From an uncultured Gammaproteobacteria bacterium (GTDB taxonomy: Bacteria; Patescibacteriota; Microgenomatia; Daviesbacterales; UBA10151): a DNA stretch of 64,000 nucleotides. Both the position numbers and the translations under genes were made by a program. A model generated the notes under the pieces. That model was not told the DNA's origin. It did no database searches and saw only the letters and a program-made list of their open reading frames with translations. The DNA lies in NCBI GenBank assembly GCA_964504665.1, contig CAZDEH010000003.1:1140-65139 (forward strand), given 5' to 3'. This document shows positions 56,402 to 64,000 of this stretch, one piece after another; within the stretch, counting starts at the first letter, position 1; each line of letters opens with the position of its first letter.

Positions 56402-57394
56402 TCATTTTTTTGATAATTTCCATACCCCTACTCCCAACATTAAATAATACCCTATCCACATCAATATCCCTGTTTGGTTAATATTAATACTGGCCCCAGG
56501 TATTTTGGAAAATAGCTGAACGATATAAATAAAGTAGGTCAGTAAAATTCCCGGTATTAAACCCACAATTTGACCCAAGAGTTGACTGATCAAACCTAAA
56601 ATCATAGCCACAAAACCTGAAATCATCACGATTGGCACACTCCAAAGAACTAAACTATTTGTAAGGAGTCCTGCAATAGAAATTTGATTAAAATTATAGG
56701 CAATCACTGGTAATACCATCAGTTGAGCAGCTAAAGTTACGGCAAAATCTTCTCTCATTAGCTTGGGGATCTTTTTTATAGCTTCAGAAAAAATTGGAGC
56801 TACCACTATTACTCCAAATGTAGCCAGAAAACTGAGCTGAAAAGAAATATTTAGCAACCAATTTGGTTGATAAAGTAACATCAGGCCTCCGGTAAACAGT
56901 AAAATCCACCAACCAGTTCCCTCCCTGCCTAACAGCTTTCCTGTATAGGAGAGTCCTGCCATAATAGCCGCCCTAACTACCGGCACTCCAAAGCCTGTTA
57001 ACACACTATAAAATATAATTACTCCTAAAGTGAATATTATTGTTTTTCTCCTGCCTAATAAACTTACCAGACTCATGACAAATCCTGCCAAAATAGTTAA
57101 ATTTTGACCTGAAACTACCACAATATGAATGGTTGAAGTTATCTGTAATTGCTTTTTAAAATAAAATGGTAAACTCGACTGATTCCCTAAAATAATGCCT
57201 GAAAGTAGGGCTGACTGAGGATAAGGTAAGATACGGTCAATAGTTTGAGATAGCGACGATCTAAGAGGCAAAAATAGCTGAACACCTTCTTCTTTATAAG
57301 TGGGGTCAACTCCCCCAATTTGGATTACCCTAAAACTAAATAATATAGCCCAAATTATGATAATCCCAATAATAACCTTGTACATTGTTACCAA
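56402..57394 (-). CDS. comEC: ComEC/Rec2-family competence channel protein (TM core only)
   Basis: SALLSGIILGNQSSLP...IHIVVVSGQNLTILAG (Competence domain); adjacent to comEA. Confidence 0.65.
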   Translation of the reverse strand: MVTMYKVIIGIIIIWAILFSFRVIQIGGVDPTYKEEGVQLFLPLRSSLSQTIDRILPYPQSALLSGIILGNQSSLPFYFKKQLQITSTIHIVVVSGQNLTILAGFVMSLVSLLGRRKTIIFTLGVIIFYSVLTGFGVPVVRAAIMAGLSYTGKLLGREGTGWWILLFTGGLMLLYQPNWLLNISFQLSFLATFGVIVVAPIFSEAIKKIPKLMREDFAVTLAAQLMVLPVIAYNFNQISIAGLLTNSLVLWSVPIVMISGFVAMILGLISQLLGQIVGLIPGILLTYFIYIVQLFSKIPGASININQTGILMWIGYYLMLGVGVWKLSKK

Positions 57395-58041
57395 ACATTA
57401 ACTAACCCCTTGATCTTTTCATAAACTGACCTGGAGACTACTTTTTTAGTTAAGAGATCCTCTATGCCTGAATATGGTCTATTATCAATAATTTTCTGGG
57501 CAGTAACCGGTCCAACACCAGATAATTTATCTAAATCAGCCGGGGTGGCAGTGTTAATATTTATAAGTACTTGCTGGTTTGAAATGGTGTCATTTGACAC
57601 CAACACAGAACTTACCTGTGATGTTTCCCCTGTTGATGGCACATAAATCTTCATTCCATCTACCACCTTTTGGGCTAAATTTATAGTTTTTGATAAATAT
57701 GTCGGGTCTACTGACTCTGTTACTCCTCCGGCTATTTTTAGGGCATCTTCAACCCTAGCATCAAAAGGCAATGAATAAACACCGGGAGTTTTTACTGCAC
57801 CTGAAACATCAACTTTTACTTCTTGTACTTTTTTAACACCGCTGACTTCAGAAGCAGAAACTAAAGGTGGTAATTGTTTTGAGGACTTAATGAAAGTTTT
57901 GGGGATAATCCCGGAAGAAATAATACCACCAATCAGTAGAACAAAACCCACTATTCCCACAATAATTGGCACTTTTAATCTAGCTAGCGAATCATCCAGA
58001 TTACTTTCCAAGTTCATATTTAATATAAACCAAACCTCCAA
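57388..58041 (-). CDS. comEA: ComEA-like helix-hairpin-helix DNA-binding competence protein
   Basis: ININTATPADLDKLSGVGPVTAQKIIDNRPY... Confidence 0.7.
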   Translation of the reverse strand: MEVWFILNMNLESNLDDSLARLKVPIIVGIVGFVLLIGGIISSGIIPKTFIKSSKQLPPLVSASEVSGVKKVQEVKVDVSGAVKTPGVYSLPFDARVEDALKIAGGVTESVDPTYLSKTINLAQKVVDGMKIYVPSTGETSQVSSVLVSNDTISNQQVLININTATPADLDKLSGVGPVTAQKIIDNRPYSGIEDLLTKKVVSRSVYEKIKGLVNVW

Positions 58042-58496
58042 ATAGACCTTTTAATCTTAACTTTTCTCTTATACTGTTCTTTTAACTCTTCCCGGTAACT
58101 TTTAATCCATGCTCTGTAAGCATTAAATAGGTGTACCAAACCCCTAGTTTCCATCTCTTTCTTAATCACTCCTCCTTCATGCGGAAATCTGTGTAACCTT
58201 TGGTGGGGTGAAGAAAAACCATGGGCATAATGACAAAGTTCATGGGCAATTGTATGGTCAACTACCTCCTCTGCAACACTAAGGTCTTTAAACATAGCAG
58301 TAATAGTAATGTATGTTTTACCTGAAGCTGGATCAAGCTTGATTGAACCGAGCCTGAGTTTTGAATAACGACCAAAGCGGATTAAGATTAGGTTCAGTCG
58401 AGGTACATCTTTAAAATAAACTGACCAGAGGAAGTTAAGCCTACCAAACAACCAGGAGTTATCTCGGGTATAAGATGTAGTTGCTAAATTAGGCAT
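58020..58496 (-). CDS. DUF45/YgjP-like HExxH metal-dependent hydrolase
   Basis: TIAHELCHYAHGFSSPHQRLH. Confidence 0.5.
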   Translation of the reverse strand: MPNLATTSYTRDNSWLFGRLNFLWSVYFKDVPRLNLILIRFGRYSKLRLGSIKLDPASGKTYITITAMFKDLSVAEEVVDHTIAHELCHYAHGFSSPHQRLHRFPHEGGVIKKEMETRGLVHLFNAYRAWIKSYREELKEQYKRKVKIKRSIWRFGLY

Positions 58497-58525
58497 TATT
58501 AATTATTGTATGAATTTAAAAATAT

Positions 58526-61150
58526 TTAGTCAACTTCATTAATCAGCCACCAATCAAAAGTAATATCTTTAGATGCATTTTTAGAAGCAGTCACAGTAAA
58601 TTTTTTAGCTTCTTCTTTAGCAGTCACTGCCAACACTGTATCTGTCTCCGTTGTGGGTGTTACCAGAATTCTTGATCTTGTTGAAACTATTAAGTTATCG
58701 ATCTCCACTGATTTTTCACCCAAAGTAATTTTTGCATTACCTGATGTCTTTCCCCCTTTTATTTTAAGTTCAGAAACTTCAGCTGTTTTGGCTTTGACAG
58801 TTCCTGTCTTATCAATAGTAACCATCCCGTTAAAAAAATCTACCAAAGCTGTCAAATCTGATTTTTGAATGAATAGAGTGGGTAAAGCATTGATGGCATT
58901 GCCATCAGTCAGGAAAAGTGTCCCATCTTGAACAATATCACCAGCAGCAATCACAGTACCCACCAGAGTTTCTCCCAAGGATTTTAAAGTTTTGGAAAAT
59001 GTTGCGGTTTCATATGTTAATAAGGAACCTGATAAGGTTGCTTCCATAGGAGGCTCTAGAGTGAGGTTGAGATTGTCTACCGACTGCTGACTTCCCGCTT
59101 CGCCCGTCTTTGACGAGGCTTCGCGAGGCGAGCCGACTTCTGCTAAACCAGCAGAAGGAGTAGCAGAGGAAGAAGCGGATTGTTGTGCTGAAGTACTGGA
59201 CTCCTCGGATGGTGGCAACGACCTGTCCGCCGAAGCCGTGGCGAAGGAAGAAGGAAACTCCTCCGAGGTGAACAGAGTGGCTGAGATGGAAGATTCTAAA
59301 TTATTTAATCTCAAATCTGTATCTTTTAATACTGCTACAATATCAAGAGTGAGGTGATAGCTGCTGCTAACCTCTGTTGCTAACTCCTGGATAGACTTAA
59401 CTAAAACTGGGATCATTCCGATGGTATTTAATGATTTTAACCCTGTTTCACTCTCAGTTGTTACCAGTTTAGGTATAACTTGTTCTACCTCTTGGGCAAT
59501 AAACCCAAGATTTTTAGTAATAGCATCAGATTCTGTTTTCCAGTTATACCAAACAGGCCGAAGAGACATTACAGCATCCAGTCCATAATTTAGATCATCA
59601 ATATTTTTCTTTAAGTTAACATCTGAAGAACAGGAAATTGTTCCTCCTGTAGCCAAAGTACACCCTGTGGTATTCACATCAGTAAATTTAGCTATAGTTG
59701 CTCCTGTGCCTGTGCCTTTTACCTCAAAAGGAGCAGAAGGATTGGTGGTGCCAATTCCTACATTGCCAGTCGAACTGTCGACAGTTAATGAATCACTCCA
59801 CATAGGATTACCTGATGTCCCTATGATCATAGTACTTCCTTGATTACCAGCACTCAGCGCTGAAAATGAAGTAGTTGAGTCAGCAAATAATAAGTCACCA
59901 GCTAAAAAAGAGGATAAACCAGTACCACCATGCTCAGGGCTTAACTCCCCTTGTTTAATAGAGCCTGCATCAACATGACCATCATATGATATAGAAATAC
60001 TATCTTGTATATCAGAATCTATCAAGCAATTATCACAACCACCCCTATCTCTGACAGAAAATAAAGTAGATGTGTCACTAATAACTAAACCATCAACCGC
60101 AATGTCATTACCTCCAATAAGTTTCAAATCTCCACTAAGTCCCCCTAAAGAGCTGACTAAAGCTGGTAATTTTAAACTTATTTTCGGTGTTTGCCCACCG
60201 GAAATAACCACATTATCACCGGCTATTAGACCATAAATAATATTAGGAGCAGTTAATAGTCCCTCCACAATAGTGCTGCCTTTAAGCATAATCTGGTTAA
60301 CAGCATCTGTTGATTCTCCAAGAACCTTGGTATCAGAATTTATTTGTTGACGATTAAAAGTCGAAGATGAAATTTTAACGTTTGTAGATAACTGGCGTAT
60401 TTGATCAGTCATTTCCAAAACTTCATCCATCTCTGTTTGTATACCAGCTACTTTCTGGTTAATAAAATTAGTATTGCTATTAACTTTATCTAACTTATCC
60501 ATAATTTGAAAACCAGTATACAACCCAATAGATACTCCTGCTGACATAATGAAAAGAAAAAGAATGACTGCCAACGAATAATGAATTACGTTTGTTCTGC
60601 TAGATCTATTATTACTATTTTTTGGTTGATCAGGGGAAACAGCTCCGGGAATGTTCATCTCCTCTTGTAGCTTTAAAATTAATTTTTTGGAAAAACGCCT
60701 GGCTCCTCCACTGGCTCTTTGACTGGCAATTAACCCTTTTTTATCCCAGTTCCTAATAGTATCCGGGGAAACCTGAAGTAATCTGGCTGCCTTAGAAACA
60801 GACAAACCGGTAATTAGGGCGTTAACTTGAGTCTTATTTTTAGTATTTAGTTGTTTTTGCATCTCTTCCAATTCAATTAGGTTGTAGCGCCTGGATCCAC
60901 CTTGCGTTCTATCCGGTATCAGCCTTCCTTGTTTTTCCCAATTTCGGAGAGTGTCAGGATTCACTTGTAAAATTTGGGCTGCTTTAGAAATTGGGATGAA
61001 ACTTTTGGCTATCTTTCTCGGCTTACTAGATGGGATACTTACTCTCATCTCAAATAGTCTATTTTGACCTATAATTAAAGAGTTTCCAGCAGCACTTTTT
61101 TCTTCGTGTAGTTCTAGAGTTGGTAATCTTTTAAGTGTTAATTTAGGCAT
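58526..61150 (-). CDS. large membrane-spanning protein: two N-terminal MerR-type HTH domains, one TM, an extracytoplasmic beta-rich region with an S74-like intramolecular-chaperone domain, and a Ser-rich tail
   Basis: VNPDTLRNWEKQGRLIPDRTQGGSRRY and VSPDTIRNWDKKGLIASQRASGGARRF (MerR HTH + wing); TM VIHYSLAVILFLFIMSAGVSIGL; NLKKNIDDLNYGLDAVMSLRPVWYNWK...LGFIAQEVEQVIPKLV resembles the tailspike chaperone (peptidase S74) motif; in-frame family D repeat at 59094-59134. Confidence 0.5.
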   Translation of the reverse strand: MPKLTLKRLPTLELHEEKSAAGNSLIIGQNRLFEMRVSIPSSKPRKIAKSFIPISKAAQILQVNPDTLRNWEKQGRLIPDRTQGGSRRYNLIELEEMQKQLNTKNKTQVNALITGLSVSKAARLLQVSPDTIRNWDKKGLIASQRASGGARRFSKKLILKLQEEMNIPGAVSPDQPKNSNNRSSRTNVIHYSLAVILFLFIMSAGVSIGLYTGFQIMDKLDKVNSNTNFINQKVAGIQTEMDEVLEMTDQIRQLSTNVKISSSTFNRQQINSDTKVLGESTDAVNQIMLKGSTIVEGLLTAPNIIYGLIAGDNVVISGGQTPKISLKLPALVSSLGGLSGDLKLIGGNDIAVDGLVISDTSTLFSVRDRGGCDNCLIDSDIQDSISISYDGHVDAGSIKQGELSPEHGGTGLSSFLAGDLLFADSTTSFSALSAGNQGSTMIIGTSGNPMWSDSLTVDSSTGNVGIGTTNPSAPFEVKGTGTGATIAKFTDVNTTGCTLATGGTISCSSDVNLKKNIDDLNYGLDAVMSLRPVWYNWKTESDAITKNLGFIAQEVEQVIPKLVTTESETGLKSLNTIGMIPVLVKSIQELATEVSSSYHLTLDIVAVLKDTDLRLNNLESSISATLFTSEEFPSSFATASADRSLPPSEESSTSAQQSASSSATPSAGLAEVGSPREASSKTGEAGSQQSVDNLNLTLEPPMEATLSGSLLTYETATFSKTLKSLGETLVGTVIAAGDIVQDGTLFLTDGNAINALPTLFIQKSDLTALVDFFNGMVTIDKTGTVKAKTAEVSELKIKGGKTSGNAKITLGEKSVEIDNLIVSTRSRILVTPTTETDTVLAVTAKEEAKKFTVTASKNASKDITFDWWLINEVD
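59094..59134. repeat. GC-rich element family D, in-frame in the 874-aa protein (encoding GSPREASSKTGEAGS)
   Basis: cccgcttcgcc ... ttcgcgaggcgagcc. Confidence 0.65.
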
Positions 61151-61609
61151 AAAAGTTATGAAAAACTTATGAAAAAGTTAGAAGACTTTTCCTAACTTAA
61201 GTGTTATAAATATCTAATACTTTGTCAAGATATCAAAATGACTTATAAGCGTTAGTTAGTCTTTGTAACAGACATCTTTTTCTTTTTATGTTACTCCCTA
61301 TCAGTAAATTTTATGGCTAATCAGAATTATTTTGATAAAACTATTAAGTTAATTAGTTAGTATCTTCAAGAGATTGTAGTCTTACACTTTGTGTATGATA
61401 ATTTTTGACTTATACTATGGTTTACAGTTAATTTTTTAGTTCAAATTGTTCTAAGCAAACTTTGAAACTAGATGATTAGTAAAAAAATCATTCTGTCAGT
61501 GAATTGGGATTAGCAATTTAAATTATTGATTGCTAAGTTTTTAAACAGGTATTTTAGATTGTTAAATCAACCAAATCGTGTTTTGTCTTTTAATCTAAGC
61601 AAAATAACT

Positions 61610-64000
61610 TTAGATAACAATGTTAAATATTTTACCCGGAACGTAAATTATTTTTTTGATAGAGTTTTCTCTAATATATTTGTCAATTTTTGGTAATTTT
61701 AAGACCATTTCTTCAATGATTTTTTTATTATTTACTATATCTTTTTGTATCAAAATGTTTTCCCGTAGTTTACCGTTTATCTGTATAACCAAAATGGTCT
61801 GTTCATCTTCCAGGTATTTTTTATCAAATTCAGGCCAGGGTTGGTTATGGATAGAATACTTATTCCCCATTATCTCCCACAGTTCTTCAGTAATAAACGG
61901 CGCTATTGGAGATAACATAATCAGCAGCTTTTGAATGGTATCTTTGGAGGCTGTTTTTTGTCTGGATAGAAAGTTTAATAGCTCCATTAGACTTGCCACA
62001 ACAGTATTGTATCGCAGGTTTTCAAAATCATTATCAGTTTTTTCGATAGTTTTGTTCAAAATTCTCTTTTCTTCTTCTGTCGCCTCAATATCTTTATAAT
62101 TTTGTACTAAACCCCACACCCTGTTAAGAAAACGATAGGTTCCATTTAAACCGTCATCCCGGAAATCACCCCCACCAGTAAATGGTCCCATAAACATTAG
62201 ATAGGCTCTGAATACATCGGCTCCCCAATCTTTAATGTATTTATCAGGCACAACTACATTACCTTTAGATTTACTCATTTTAGCTCCGTCTTTAATAATT
62301 AAACCGTGAGCCCTAAATTTTGTGAATGGTTCTTCGAAATCAATAAATCCCAGATCCTTAAAAGCCATGGTGATAAACCGCGAGTAAAGCAAGTGAAGAA
62401 CTGAGTGCTCTGCCCCACCAATATACATATCTACAGGCAGCCATTTCTTAGTTCTACTGTCATCAAAAAATTTGTCATCTAAATCCGTGGTTAAATATCT
62501 AAAAAAATATAAAGCTGAGTCAAAAAAATTATCCGATACATCAGTCTCACGCCTGGCTTTTCCCCCACACTTAGGGCAAGTAGTATTAACAAAATCTGGA
62601 TCTGAAGCTAAAGGCCCTAAACCTGTACCCGTAGGCTTAAAATCTTTAACATAAGGCAACTCTACTGGCAAATCTTTTTCCGGCACGGGCTGGGTTCCAC
62701 ACTTATCGCAGTAAATTATTGGAATTGGTGGACCCCAATACCTTTGCCTGGAAATTAACCAATCACGCAGATGATATTGAATTTTAATTGAGCCCAGATG
62801 ATGCTCTACGAGATAGTTTGTTATCTTCTCTCTCGCTTCCGGGGAATTCATACCATTATACTCTCCGCTATTAACAAGTACTCCTTCACCCTCATAAGCT
62901 TCTTCTGATATCTCAGCTTCACAAGGTGTATCCTTGCGAAGCTGAATAACAGTTTGGATGGGTAAATTATATTTCTTAGCAAACTCAAAATCCCTTTGAT
63001 CGTGTGCCGGAACAGCCATAATTGCGCCTGTTCCATAACCCATCAACACATAATCAGCCACCCACACAGGAATGTCTTTCCCAGTGAGAGGATTTTTAAC
63101 AAATGTACCTGTAAAAATACCTGTTTTTTCCTTATCTCCTTGGCGTTCAATATCAGATTTTTCCTTGGCTGCTTGAACATAATCTGAAACTTTGCCTTTC
63201 TGCTCTTTAGTAACTAGTTGATCTATTTTTGGGTATTCCGGACTAATAACCAAGAAAGTTGCTCCAAAAACAGTATCCGGCCTGGTAGTAAACACTTCTA
63301 ATTCGCCGAATTTTATTAAGGCTCCCTCTGATTTTCCTATCCAATTGCGCTGAGCTGTTTTGACTAATTCCGTCCAGTCTAAGGAATCTATATTTAAAAG
63401 CAGTTTTTCTGCATAATCTGTGATCTTTAGAAACCATTGGTCCACTTCTTTTTGAACCATTGTTCAAGTTCTTTTTTCGTCACCCGAGAAGAACATCTCT
63501 CACACTCTCCGGAAATAACCTGCTCATCAGCGAGTACTGTCAGACATGATGGACACCAATTTACCTCTGCTCTTTTCCGGTAAGCCAATCCCTTTTTATA
63601 TAGCTGAAGAAAAGCCCACTCCGTCCATTTGTAATAGTTTGATTTATATGTATCGACTGTTTTCTGCCAATCAAAAGCATTCCCAATTAATAAAAACTGC
63701 TCATAAAAATGCTTTTCTGTTCTTTTACTCACCTCCATTGGATGCTCATTTATTTTCATTGCATAATTTTCGCCATGAATTCCAAAACCATCCAGGCCAA
63801 TAGGTTCAAATACATCATACCCTTGTAGCCTTTTAAACCTGGAGTAAACATCTGATCCTGTAAAAGCATACATATTACCTACATGCATACCCTCAGCTGA
63901 AGGATAAGGAAACATCATCAGAGAATAATATGGTTTTTTTGATTCATCTAAATCAGGGCTAAATAGACCATCTTCTTTCCACTTTTTTGCCCATTTAGGT
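61610..64000 (-). CDS. leuS: leucyl-tRNA synthetase, split by a frameshift near 63430-63475; N-terminus extends beyond the window
   Basis: FPYPSAEGMHVGN (HIGH), CERCSSRV, then WFLKITDYAEKLL in the second ORF; KMSKS at MSKSKGN; upstream frame remains open to nt 64000. Confidence 0.8.

Noticed and set aside
1-64000. CRISPR arrays, rRNA genes, prophage-sized blocks
   Set aside because: No regularly spaced direct repeats with unique spacers, no rRNA-like conserved stretches, and no contiguous phage structural gene set; the only phage-like pieces are an isolated S74-like domain and an HNH endonuclease.

Overview
The window is AT-rich (roughly 30-35% GC by eye), uses the standard code (TGA, TAA and TAG all terminate real genes; rplJ ends in TAG), and is densely coding with many small hypothetical membrane or secreted proteins. 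Gene content and architecture suggest a reduced-genome Patescibacteria/CPR-like bacterium, which is inference. Recognisable core genes are def, fmt, tgt, rpmB-like, an M50 protease, rpmG (missed by the ORF track), secE-nusG-rplK-rplA, rplJ-rplL, PBP1A, mreB, a GT4 glycosyltransferase, a TagA/WecG-like GT, cupin-type PGI, ndk, an adk-like kinase, a metallophosphoesterase, argS, comEA-comEC, and a frameshifted leuS that runs off the 3' window edge. There are five tRNAs: an atypical Thr(UGU)-like, Thr(GGU), Trp(CCA), Arg(CCU) on minus, and Pro(CGG). The main accessory signal is a system of short GC-rich palindromic REP-like mini-elements in at least four families. Several sit in-frame inside essential genes (fmt, PBP1A, GT4, a metallophosphoesterase and a large surface protein). 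Two paralogous HUH/Y1 (IS200/RAYT-like) transposase genes accompany them, and one is precisely flanked by identical 23-nt palindromes. Other notable items: a 3-gene module (a ParB/Srx-like 737-aa protein plus two tandem divergent LAGLIDADG-like paralogs); a promoter-to-terminator-defined ~255-nt structured ncRNA candidate next to a tRNA-flanked HNH endonuclease; a degenerate IS30 element with an in-frame TAG; vapBC-like and brnTA toxin-antitoxin pairs; a ribosomal-protein cluster split by mobile and accessory DNA with no rpoB after rplL; and a MerR-HTH/TM/tailspike-chaperone (S74-like) 874-aa protein. No CRISPR array and no rRNA were seen.
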